Assembly: GCA_043228905.1 (NCBI GenBank) | Contig: JBHGNT010000015.1 | Coordinates: 1,860,001-1,924,000 of the forward strand | Direction of reading: 5' to 3' | Length of the DNA stretch: 64,000 bases | From: Azolla caroliniana | Taxonomy: Eukaryota; Plantae; Polypodiophyta | Shown here: positions 35,491-47,697 of the stretch, piece by piece | Layout: each line of letters starts with the position of its first letter | How positions within the stretch are numbered: the first letter of the stretch is position 1 | Notes under the pieces: model-generated | The model's input: only the letters and a program-made list of their open reading frames with translations | Databases searched by the model: none | What the model was told of the DNA's origin: nothing | Program-made: the position numbers and the translations under genes

Positions 35491-38400
35491 TGTTGGCCAG
35501 TGGCGGCCAAGTATGGAAGGAGGAAGAGGCAAGCTAGTTCCTAGAAATATAATTAAATAAATAAGAATTATGTAAGGAACAGATGGATCTGGAAGAGGTA
35601 TGTTGATTTGGATCCAGATTGATTCATAGCCGGTTGCCGGTTAGGCACCGTTTTGTAGCACAGACCGGATGCTTATAAAAGGATCCGGATATCATTGTAT
35701 GAATGACGGAACATTAATATAAGAGTGTTATTATTGTCTATCTGATCTTTATTCCATCCTATGTTTAATGTATTGATGTTATGCGTGTAACACTGTGTGT
35801 TGTGAATCGGATCTCCACCGGACGTTAACCGGTTGAAGCCTATTGGAGTCGGAAATCCTTACCGCAACCACCCCTTTCGTGAAGTGATCTGGAAGGACAC
35901 CCTTTGTTAGTTGCTAGTCCGGCCTAGGAATAACACAGTTTTGGGGACCACAAAAAATAAAAATAAAAATAAATGATGATGAATGGACACCCCGAAACAG
36001 CTTGATGTCAGCTATTTAAAGCGCACCACGCGGCATACAACCCTTATTATGGTACACGATGTGCATGCACGAGAACCAAGAAAAGTCGGCAAAATGGGGA
36101 CACAAAACATCCGCATTGTAGAAGCGTTTTCATTTCGTAAGAATAGAGCGTACAGAGAGCAGAGACGGATACAGGTTATCAAACACGCATAAACAGGAAG
36201 CACTAGCGTGCCAAAGCTCCCTAGCACAAGCGAAACCGACAATGACCTTGCACCAATGGCGCTCTTTGAAACGGCAAAGAAGTGGTTAACCTAGAACAGA
36301 TTGGAGGGTTTCCTCGGGGTAGTCGAAACACCTCCTCACGAAGAACCGGAAAAGGTCGCGCAGATAATCGACCTTGAAGAAATCACGGAGGATGCTATTC
36401 GAGCCCTCATCGGTCTACTGGAGGGAGGGGTTTTCTCCATCTAGAATCCTTCCCCAGAGACGTTGACAAAGTTCTTCGGCGAATACTCCCTCGCCAGCAA
36501 AGCGTATCGGACACAGGGCGACAGAGATGCCCTATTCCAAGAAGTAGCCCGTGTACTTCATGAATATGGCTTCATACACCCTTGCCCTAAGGCGATGGCT
36601 AAGAACAAGGCCGATTTCATCATCGCAACATATAAAGGGGTTCGAGTGGATTGACCGGTGATCATCGCCGATTCATTGCGAGCGACCATCCAATCGGTTG
36701 TTGATGGAAAGGTCTATATCACAGTGGCACAATGGCTCACCCTGTTAGGATTTCGGTCCCTCTGGATGGCCTATGATTACCCGACAAAGAAGACCCGGTG
36801 AGAACCGGATGATGAGTACCCGGCAAGGAAGACCCGGTGAGAAACGAATGATGCCTCTGTGTTCCTTTGTTGTATTCCTCTTACATAGTGATAGTTTGGA
36901 GTTTATGGGCTCCCGTGGTTTTTCCCTCTCAAGGTTTTCCACGTTAACATATTGTGTACCCTCTCTCATATTATCTATGTGTACGTGTATTCACCTCTAT
37001 TCCCATTCTCGGTGTTCGATTCGAAACGATATGATCTAAGACTCGGTTGTGGCTGAGTAAAATTCTGCATATTTCGAGTCAATCTGGTATCAGAGCAAAC
37101 ACCACAGAAACTGGAAGAATCGCTCAGTGGCATGTTCAAGCTCACTGGCTCCAACTACTCAGTGTGGAAGTCGAAGATGAGGGACATGCTTGTGGTTAAA
37201 GATCTTTGGTTTCCGGTTCAGTTCGGGGACAAGAGACCGGACAAGATCGATGCCACGATCTGGGAGGTGATGCACATGAAGACAACGACGTACATAAGGT
37301 GCTTCATCGACATGAGCCTGTATAACAACTTCAATGAAGAGAGCAAGGCTCATGAGCTCTAGGAGAAGATCGACATCATGTTCCAGAACAAGAATGCCGT
37401 TAACCGAGTTTCGGTATTCCGGAAGCCAGTGCGGCTTCGGTACCAATATGGCTCTAGTATGGCGGAGCACATGAATGCCTTCTAGGGGCTGATACATCAG
37501 GCAACATCGTTGGAAGTACCTCTCGCCGATGAGGTACTAGCATTGCTACTACTCGGTTCCCTCCTAGATAGCTAGGAGACGTTAGTTATCACATTGGGCA
37601 ATGTCGGGCCGGAAGGAAAACAACTATCCCTAGCAAGATTCAAGTCGAGCTTGCTAGATGAGGAGGCACGTCGGAAAGACAATGATACGAGCTCCGAAGC
37701 GCTCCTTACCGAATCGAAACGCGGAAGACAAAGGAACCGGAGTCCCCAGAACCAGAAAAAGTCAGGGACATGGTCAAAGTCAAGGGGAAGGCCCACTTGC
37801 TTCTACTATGGGAAGCTGGGGCACTTCCAGAAGAACTGTTGGCACTTCCGAAAAGACAAGGAAACCGATAGTACCGATTCGAAGCGGTCACCGAACCGGA
37901 ATGGTAAAGACTGGAGGGGACTAGACCGGAAGGGAACGACGACAATCGCGACAAGTGAAGAGGAGTTGATGCTCATCACCGAGGAGAGTGAGTTGAACCT
38001 TGCCGACGATGAGACAACGTGGGTTGTCGATTCCGGAGCGTCATTCCATCTAACTCCTACACAGTCGGTGATCACAACTGTGTCCGGATGGGAAATGAAG
38101 GGACATGCCGAATTATCGGCATAGGAGATGTGCTGTTGACGACATCAACCGGATGCAAGTTGTTGAAGGATGTCCGACACGTTCCAAAGGTTCGATTGAA
38201 CATGCTATCAGCCAGTCGGCTAGATGATGAAGGCTTACACATGTAGTATCCGGAACGGTGTCAACACACTGTAGTGGCTAATAGTGGCTTAGGCCCGGAA
38301 AATCAACACATTGTACCTAATGAATGCCCAGTTATGCCGAGAAGAAGTGAACATGGCATTCGATACTGCCGGTGAGCTGTGGCACAAGAGACTGTGTCAC

Positions 38401-40706
38401 ATGAGCGAGAAGGCTTGCCGATGACAACCTCATTCCGGTGAAGGACGTGCATCTGGAGAGGTGCACCGACTGCCTGGCCGGTAAGCAAAACCGGACCTCC
38501 TTCCGATCAAGGCCACCGATGAGACGTAATGCACCACTGGAGTTGGTGCATACCGATGTGTGTCAAGTGGACACAACGTCACATGCCGGATCACAGTACT
38601 TCGTGACGTTCATAGATAACCACAGCTGGAAGTTGTGGGCCACACCGCTGAAGACGAAGGATCAGGTGTTCTCCGTCTTCAAGGAGTTCCACGCAAGAGT
38701 GGAAAGAGAAACCAGTCGGAAGCTGAAGGCGGTTCGAGCAGATAATAGAGGAGAATACTGGGGGTAGTTCGAGGAGTACTGCCACTAGAAGGGAATCCGG
38801 CTCGAATTTACTGTGCCGAAGACGCTGGAACTAAACGGGTTGGCCGAGAGGATGAACCGGACCATAATGGAGAGGGTCCGGAGTATTCTAGCACATGCCA
38901 AGTTACCCAAGTGGTTTTGGGCTGAGGCGTTGTCGACCACGACGTATGTGATAAACAGATCACCCTCAGTGCCCTTGGACGAAGACATGCCACAGAGAGT
39001 ATGGACCGGTAAGGAAGTGTCTTACTGGCATCTACAGGTTTTCGAGTGTCTCGCTTACGTGCATGTGGCAAAGGACCGGAGAGCAAAGTTGGACCCAAAG
39101 TCCCGGCCTTGCATATTCCTCGAATACGGCAATGATGAGTTCAGCTACCGAGTGTGCGATCTAATCAACAAGAAGGTTTTCCGGAGTCGAGATATTATCT
39201 TCATGGAGGACAAGAATCTTGCCGACTAGTAGTCGGAGAAGAAGATAATGAACTCCAAGTTGCCCGGAAAGGACCGATTCGATGAGATACGGACCTACTC
39301 GGCTAAGAGCCGGTTGACACTCGAAGAACCGGCCGGTTACGGAGAGGACACCAAACCAGCAGAAGAAGAAGAGGAAGCAGGAACCGAAACCGGCCAAGAT
39401 CCCGAATCGGATTCGGATGAAGAACAAACAGAGGAGCCGGTTGCCGAAAACCAAAGATGCAGATATCCTCTCAGAGAGGGAAGGGCCCCCCAAATATTTC
39501 CGGATGCAGAGCGCGTGTTGCTGACCGATGAGGGGGAGCCGGAAAGCTTCAAAGAAGCAAAGGAGGACACCCACAGCCGCAAGTGGCTAAGTGCCATGCA
39601 GGACGAGATGGATTCCCTGCATGAGAACCACACGTATGAATTGGTGGAGTTGTCGAAAGGAAAGCGGGCACTCCAAAATAAGTGGGTGTACAAGTTGAAA
39701 CCGGGAGATGCCGGCAACCCCCCAAGGTACAAAGCCAGGATCGTGGTGAAGGGGTTCCAACAAAAGAAGGGCGTGGAGTTCGACGAGATATTTGCCCCGA
39801 TAGTAAAGATGACTTCCATCCGGACGGTGTTGAGCATAGCGGCAAGCATGGACCTCGAGGTAGAGCATTTAGATGTGAAGACGACGGTCCTCCACGACAA
39901 CCTCGAAGAGGAGATCTACATGTAGCAACCAGAGGAATTTGTGAAGAAAGGGAAGGAGCACCTGGTTTGCCGGTTGAAGAAGAGTCTCTACGGTTTGAAA
40001 CAGGCTCCCCGACAATGGTATCGGAAGTTCGACTCCTTCATGACCGATCAAGGGTACCACAAGACGCAGGTCGATCATTGCGTATTTGTGAAGAAGTTCG
40101 AAGGAGGAGACTTCCTGATACTCCTCCTATACGTGGACGACATGTTGATCATCGGACGAGACCAAGTAAAGATACGGTGTCGTGAAGATTTTCGTCCATA
40201 GGCGAAAATCGGGGTGGAAAGGGCAAGTCGGTGGTGTGCAACATGTGCACACGTATACTAGGAAATGGTGTATACAAATAAGAGGGGAAATTTTATCCCA
40301 CATTGTAATGTCCCTCCCTCCTTGGGCTATAAAAGGAAGGGAGGGGTCACTTATGTTGGGTTGCCTATTTTGCATATGAGAGGTATACCACTTAGTCTAG
40401 AGTTCTTACCGTTTTAGGGTTAGGGTTTCGTTTAGGGTTTTCCTTATTCATCTTCGGTTAGGGTTTTCTCATATTCGTTTGGTGTGGCCCATGCGGCCAC
40501 CATTGTTGTAACCATTCGTTGTTTTAATATATCTTGTTGAGTATCTTAACTCCGATCTCTCCTTCTTTGTCACGATCCTATTCTTTCTTCTTCTCCTCTT
40601 GAGCTAAACTTCCAAACATATCTTATTCTTTCTCCTCTACTCCCTAGTCCGAGACCCCGGTGGTCCCTCCCCTTCTACACACACGCACGTAACAACACGA
40701 CATCCT

Positions 40707-40723
40707 TGGTGAACCCGACGTGA
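40707..40723 (+). promoter_or_regulatory. Primer binding site complementary to the 3' end of cytosolic tRNA-Trp(CCA)
   Basis: TGGTGAACCCGACGTGA is the reverse complement of TCACGTCGGGTTCACCA, the plant tRNA-Trp 3' end as I recall it. It lies 4 nt from the LTR. Confidence 0.8.
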
Positions 40724-40739
40724 AGGGCGGCAAGGGAGA

Positions 40740-41429
40740 ATGGAGATGGAAGAAGACTTTGACTTCGAGGAGATGATGGCAAAGATCGTGATGGAAGCCA
40801 GACGGAAGATGGCGAAGCGAGATGCGGCTCAACAAGCCGTCGAAAGGGTGGTCGATCGAGTTGGCCGGTTCAACGGGGACAATGTCCCGAGATTCTTAGA
40901 AGCATACAATGCTGAGATGACGAAGGAGGGCGTGGAAGAAGCGACAAGGCTAGATTTTTTTTGTCGAGTGGCGACCGTAGCAAGGTACGAAGAGGTCAAG
41001 GAGCTCCGAGAAGCTCACGAGTCATGGGAATCCTTTGAGGGAGCGCTATTGGACGCATACGGATACACGAAACCGAAGTGGGTATGTCGGCAACCCGATG
41101 GGGAGCGGTCGGCAACAACGTGGCCCACGAGCGGCGGAGAAGAGAGGGCGGTGATCGGATACGCACTACCGTTGGAAGAGAGCTCAACGCAAAACGGTTC
41201 GGAGGAGCTCGACCTAGAAGCGCTAATATGGGAGGCATGCGAGCTTGTGAAGGGGAAAATCGAAGCTGAAGAAGGGCTTATTATGGAGTCGGACCGGAGG
41301 CGATCGGAGGATGTGGAGGAAGAAGCCTCCCTAAGCGTAGAAGACGGGGGCCTATACGGAGGCCGGGAGAGCGTACAACGGCGACATGGGAGAGGGTGTG
41401 GAGCAAGCAACCCTCTTGCCTTGCGGTGA
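40740..41429 (+). CDS. Gag-like ORF of element F (N-terminal part), degenerating into low-complexity sequence
   Basis: Starts just after the PBS; VGRFNGDNVPRFLEAYNAEM...SWESFEGALLDAY resembles a retrotransposon Gag capsid N-terminal region. Confidence 0.55.
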   Translation: MEMEEDFDFEEMMAKIVMEARRKMAKRDAAQQAVERVVDRVGRFNGDNVPRFLEAYNAEMTKEGVEEATRLDFFCRVATVARYEEVKELREAHESWESFEGALLDAYGYTKPKWVCRQPDGERSATTWPTSGGEERAVIGYALPLEESSTQNGSEELDLEALIWEACELVKGKIEAEEGLIMESDRRRSEDVEEEASLSVEDGGLYGGRESVQRRHGRGCGASNPLALR

Positions 41430-44400
41430 AGGGACGGCCATGGAGGCCGGTAACTACGGATTCGGGACATGGCGGCCTGAAACATCGAGTGGGGAGGAGG
41501 CAAGGCGGGCAACCGAGACAACGACATGGAAGAGACGACGACAAGCGTAATCGAGGCTTGCGCGATCGGAGGCGGGGTAGCCGCGGACAACGACGTCCGG
41601 ACGGAGGCGGCTACGGACACAACGAGTGGTGGTGCCGTGTCCTTACCCACACCGGTCCTAGAGACTCTGGCATCTGGCCCGAGAGCCAGTGTGAGACCTA
41701 GAGTGATGAACGGTGGCGGCGGCAAGGTGAGCAACCAAGACGACGGCAAGGAGATCGAGGAAGAGGAGGTGGCAAGCGTAACCGAGGCTTCCGCGATCGG
41801 AGACGGGGTAGCCACGGACAACGACATCCGGATAGAGGTGGCTACTGACATAATGAGCGGCGGTGCCGCGACCTTACACACACCGGCCCTAGAGGCTCCG
41901 GCGGTCAGCCCGAGTGCCGACGTGAGTCCTACAGCGACGGGCGGTGGCGACGGCAAGGCGGGCAACTGAGACAACGACGAGGAAGGTCATAGCGGACAGA
42001 GGAGACACCCCTCGACACCGGGGCTAGAGACTACGGTGGTTGTGCTCGAATGCCAACTAAGATCGGAGAGAAGGGCGATGGCCATGAGAAGGCGTGGTCC
42101 GGAGCGAACACGTACAAAGATGAGGATGCGAGGCCCGGAACGGGCATATATAAGAGGACCGACAGAGAGGTCGGGAGCGGCAAAGAGGAGAGAGTCGGGA
42201 ATCGACCCGACCGGAAGATGAATCGGTCGATAATCCGACACGACCAGAAGATGACGCCGAAGAAGATTGGAGCAGGGTCCGGTCAACCGGGCCCGAACCG
42301 AAGAAGAGCCGGCAAGGCCGGATTTGTTCGGACAAACATGTACCGGCCGGTTACGATTACGGAAGGGAGCCGACCAAACCGGAACTCGATCGACTAAGAC
42401 CGATCCGGGCGAAGGCTAAGTCGGCATGACTGGAGGTCGAGGAGAACGGGCCACAACACTCGGTGGGAGCCGGTGAGTGCGAGAAGGAGGCCAAGCATGC
42501 ACGAGGAGTACGACTTGGTGGGAGGCCAAGTGCAAGAGGGACCCTCCACACCTATTCTTGAGACTTTGGCAGTTGTGGATCAACATAAGACCGGAGAGAC
42601 GCCGGGTGGCGGCAAGGAGTCAGAGATCGGAACGGACGAGGCTACCGGAACGGGTACCCGGTGCGTGAAGACGGACGAGCACGGCCAAGAGGGCCAAACA
42701 GAGACGGAAGAGTGTATGGCAATGAAGGACGAAGAGACCGACGCGGAGGTCGGGTCTACGGTGGATGAGGCGCGTAATACGAAGTATGCACTACGGCGTA
42801 AAACGGAGCATGCACTACGGCCGACGAAGGGCCAAGAAGCAAGCATGCAGCCGGAAGAGTGGCAATGAGTGACCGGCAACGGCGGACCGGTCGAGCCTTT
42901 GAGAGACAAGCACGCTGCAAGAGACGGAGTGGTGAGTTGCCGGGATCGGCGGATGAACGACGAGAGCGGAGGATGGTGCGCGGAGAGCAAAGAGTTATGC
43001 ACCGGGGAGAGAAAAAGCGGCGTCCCGGAGGACATGCGGGGCCAAGCGGGCCAAGAGGATGCGAGTCGGGATGAAGCGGTAACGAGAGCCGCGAAGAACC
43101 CCGACACGAAGGTCGGGATGACGATACGCTCTACTACGAGAGAGCACGGAGAGTAAGGGAGAATCGAGGTGCGCGTAATGGGGTCACCTAAGAATCAAAG
43201 AATGAGCGTGCATTCGGAGGAGCCGCAAAAGAGTGACCGATGATGACGGTCGAAGGAAGCCTTCGAGAAGCAAGCGCGGGATGACGGATGGTGCGACGAA
43301 ACACCAAGATCGACGAATCGAAACGAGCGTGATCAGCATGAACGAAGGATTGTGTTTGGGAAAATAGAGGGGATGCGTGGAGAACGGAGGGTCACGTACC
43401 GTGAAGAGCAGACGGGGCATCTCGAAGGATGTGTGCGGCCGAGCGGGCCAAGCGGACTAAGAGGGTGTACCTCGGGGCGAAGCGGCAACATCGGAGGTTG
43501 CGGGGGACATTGAAGATGAGAGCACTGACACCGATGTCGGGGAAGCAACGTACCTTTTCAAAAGGGTACGCAGAGCGGAGCGGAGTGTGAGACGTGCGAT
43601 GTGGCCGCGTAAGGGTCGAGGGACGAGCACGAGGATGATCGACGACGAAGTTCGGCGCGCGGCAATGCCGAGTCGAGGAAGCGGCCGAGGCGAGACAAGC
43701 GTGGATGAGGAGCACACAGTGCGATATTCAGCAGACAGTCGGGAAGAACGAGGATTCGGTCCAAGGTCGCGCACGGAAAATAGAGGAAGGCAAAGAGTGG
43801 TTTGCGAAGACCGGGTCTGGCAGACCGGGTGGAGACAGTGGTTCGGCGAACTCCATCGAGTATGGTGGATCGGATGGAGCTGACAGTTTGAGAGCAAACG
43901 ACGGATATGGCAGACCGGGAGGCTACGATGGTCCATGTGGGACGGATGGGCTTGCTCGAAGTGGAAGACGAAGTCGAGCAAAGCTAACAAAGACACTAAG
44001 GACTCAGTTGACCGCCATGGCCGAAAATCTCACCTCTTTCCGCATCTTGGCACATACCGGTGGATGTGCGGTTTGGTGGGGGCGGATGTCGTGAAGATTT
44101 TCGTCCATAGGCGGAAACCGGGGTGGAAAGGGCAAGTCGATGGTGTGCAACATGTGCACACGTATACTAGGAAATGGTGTATACAAATAAGAGGGGAAAT
44201 TTTATCCCACATTGTAAGGTCCCTCCCTCCTTGGGCTATAAAAGGAAGGGAGGGGTCACTTATGTTGGGTTGCCTATTTTGCATATGAGAGGTATACCAC
44301 TTAGTCTAGAGTTCTTACCGTTTTAGGGTTAGGGTTTCGTTTAGGGTTTTCCTTATTCATCTTCGGTTAGGGTTTTCTCATATTCGTTTGGTGTGGCCCA

Positions 44401-47400
44401 TGCGGCCACCATTGTTGTACCCATTCATTGTTTTAATATATCTTGTTGAGTATCTTAACTCCGATCTCTCCTTCTTTGTCACGATCCTATTCTTTCTTCT
44501 TCTCCTCTTGAGCTAAGCTTCCAAACATATCTTATTCTTTCTCCTCTACTCCCTAGTCCGAGACCCCGATGGTCCCGCCCCTTCTACACGCACGCGCGTA
44601 ACAACGCGACAACGAATGCTGAAGAAGACTTTGAACTAGACCTTCTCAATGAAAGACTTGGGTCCAACAAGACAGATACTAGGGATGCATATCATCCAGG
44701 ACCAGTCAAAGAAGCAATTGTGGCTGTCACAAGAGAAATACGTGACAAAGGTGCTTCAACGGTTTAACATGTTAGATGTGAAACCGGTCAGATCGACACT
44801 CCCGACAAACTGCAGGTTATCCGGTAAGCAAAGCCCGAAGATGAAGGCAGAGAAGGCGGATATGATGAAGATACCATATGCCTCTGTCGTCGGGAGCTTA
44901 ATGTACGCAATGGTGTGTACCAAACCGAATATCGGATACGCAGTTGGAGTGGTGAGCTGGTTTATGAGAAATTCCGGCAAGGAGCACTGGAATGCGGTAA
45001 AATGGATACTCCGATACTTGAAAGGCACCTCAAGTATGTGTCTCCGATTCAGCTCCGGTAAACCCCAACTCGACGGTTTCACCGATTCGGATATGTCGGT
45101 TGATGCGGATACCAGCCGGTCCACATCCGGATATGTCATGACATACGCGGGGGGAGTTGTTTCATGGCAGTCGAGGCTTCATAAGACAGTTGCGTCGTCA
45201 ACCATGGAGGCGGAGTACATGGCGGCTGTGGAAGCCAACAAGGAAATACTATGGATGAAGGACTTCATCGAAGAGCTAGGGATCCGACAAGAGGAATATC
45301 GGCTCTATTGCAACAGTCAAAGTGCCATCCACCTTGTGAAGAACGCGACGTATCATTCTAGGATGAAGCACATCCAGCGGAGGTACCACTAGATTCGGGA
45401 GCGAGTAGAAGATCGAGAGTTCTTGCTGACGAAGATCCACACGGAGGAGAATGGGTCGGATATGCTCACCAAGGTGCTAACACCCGACAAGTTGAATGCA
45501 TGCCGAAAGCGGATCGGATTGACGAGGCATCCCATGCCGTAGTGAAGGGGGAGTTTGTTAGGATTTTGGTCCCTCCGGATGGGATATGATTACCCGACAA
45601 AGAAGACCTGGTGAGAACCGGATGATGCAGGCCCGGTGAGAACCTCTCACTGGATGAAGGGACATATATGGAAATATGTTTCGGAGAGCCCATTAGGGCT
45701 ATATCTGTAAATAGTCCTAAAGTCATATTAGTATAAATATGACCTAGGGCAAACAGAGTGATTTCATTATTGTTGTTGGTCATTAGTATTGTATATAGTT
45801 GTTGGTGCAACTGTTGTACAGAGTGTAATAGAGAGAGAGTGTGTGTGTGAGAGAGAGATATAGAGCATGTCTCTGTTGTAACTGCCGCCAGGCAAAGATC
45901 GTGAGCACAGGTCGTTGCCTCTATGTTCCTCTATTGTATTCCTCTTACATAGTGATAGTTTGGAGTCTGTGGGCTCCCGTGGTTTTTCCCTCTCAGGGTT
46001 TTCCACGTTAACATATTGTGTACCCTCTCTCATATTATCTGTGTGTACGTGTATTCACCTCTATTCCCATTCTCGGTGTTCGATTCAAAATGACACGATC
46101 TGAGACTTGGTTGTGACAGAGTAAGATTCCGCATATTTCGCGTCACACCCTTCTCGCACCCAGTACTAGCCATAAAAGACAAGAAGAGGGCTCGAACGAC
46201 GGAAATAACACCCACCAAGCCATCTAAGTGGCAACAACTCCTCGCCAAGCACACTCCCGGATGGTCAGAGGGAGGATCGGCGCAAAACCAACAGGAACCG
46301 TCAACACAGGCGGAAAAGGAAAAACCAAGCCGGAAACAGCGGGTGGAGAAGGAGGCACCGACGGAGCTACCGGTGAAGCCCCTAAAAATGAAACTACGTC
46401 AGCAAGTGTGAGAGCCGCCCACCTTGGCTCAAAAGATTAAAATTGAAACCCAGGAGGAGGTGGTGGACGAAGAACCCGCCGACAATCTCCAACGTCGCTA
46501 GCGAAGACACAACGCGGAGGAGCACGGGGACGCGGAGAAGGACAACACACCAACTCCCTACGCTAAGGGACGAGAGCCTGGGCAAGAGACCGGGCCTGTT
46601 CGGCCAGAAATGGTGGCACTGGTTATACCATAACTGGTGATGAAACTACACATCTCACTGGGTCGACAGGCGCAGCAAGAACAAGAGTTGTTGTCGGAAC
46701 CAGTAGAACAACAAGGGCTCGAGCCGAGACCAGAGTCGGCACCACAACCGGAGCTGACGAGACAACAAGGCACCGACAGTCAATGGCTGCATTGGATCGG
46801 AGAGCAGGTGGTTGGGGTGGTGAGCCGAATAGAAGAAGAAGAAAAAGCGCAATAGGATCGGTTGTTCACCACCACTGAGGAATTGGAGAAGGCCCGAACA
46901 TGAATCAGGAGCTTGGAGGAAGACCTACAGAAGACCAAGGCAAACGCGGCCAGGGAGGTCCTTACCGGGCCAACTATATCTGAACCGGTGGCACCGATTA
47001 ATTTACAAACAAGCACTGAACCGGTGGCTTCTACAGAACCGGAAAGCAATAATGCACGAGAACAGGAACTCTCCACCCTAAGGGAGGAGTTAGCAGCTCA
47101 GGAGGCCTTGGGGGCCAAAGAAAGGGAGCAAAAGAAGACAATGGAGGAGGAGAAGCGGAAAATAGAAGATAACCTCCAAAAGACTCAGGCAACCAACGAC
47201 CGGTTAAAAGAGGAAAAAGACAAATTGCTGCAAGAGAAAGACAAGTTATGCCGGATGGTAGAAGGAGAGATTGAACGACTAAAAGAAGAGCTCCGACAAC
47301 ATAAAGACAGAGAAGACAGAGCAAGAAGTCAAATTAACCGGAGGTTAAATCAGAAGACCGAGGACTTTGAAAGACTGCACCGGGATCACAAGCACTTGGA

Positions 47401-47697
47401 AGCGAGCATAAGAAGTTGATGGCGGAATGTGACTGGCAGCAGGAGAAGATTAGAGAACTCCGGAATGAGCTAACCAAGAAAACGAATGCATTGGCGAAAG
47501 AACGAACGAAGGCGCTTGAGTTGGCAAAGCTGCTAGAGGAAGCGGCAAGGGAAAGGACGGTGCTCATCGAGCAACACTATGAAGAGATGGAACGAGCAAA
47601 AATGGCTCTGAATAGGGTTCAAACAACTTATCAGACTCAATTGCTGGAATATGGCGTGCAAGCACAGGCAACTACGGGCCTGATAAAGAAGTTAAAG

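Larger units (their letters stand above)
40178..44611 (+). mobile_element. Non-autonomous LTR element F (probably Gypsy-derived), tRNA-Trp PBS, 4-bp TSD
   Basis: 525-bp LTRs at 40178-40702 and 44087-44611 (TGTCGTG..CACGACA); PBS TGGTGAACCCGACGTGA; G-rich tract before the 3' LTR; flanks ACGG/ACGA; no recognisable RT. Confidence 0.88.
37132..45545 (+). pseudogene. Copia E gag-pol, with many stops/frameshifts and interrupted by F
   Basis: Fragments carry WVVDSGASFH, ELVHTDVCQV, YKARIVVKGF, YVDD, GFTDSD and KHIQRRYH. Confidence 0.88.
36743..46145 (+). mobile_element. Ty1/Copia element E (pol closely related to B), degenerate
   Basis: LTRs 36743-37081 (internally deleted) and 45556-46145; PBS TGGTATCAGAGC at 37085; PPT at 45541-45553; TSD CACCC. 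Confidence 0.9.

Noticed and set aside
41015-41974. 319-aa minus-strand ORF in element F
   Set aside because: Low-complexity shadow of the purine-rich, duplicated plus strand; no domain features.
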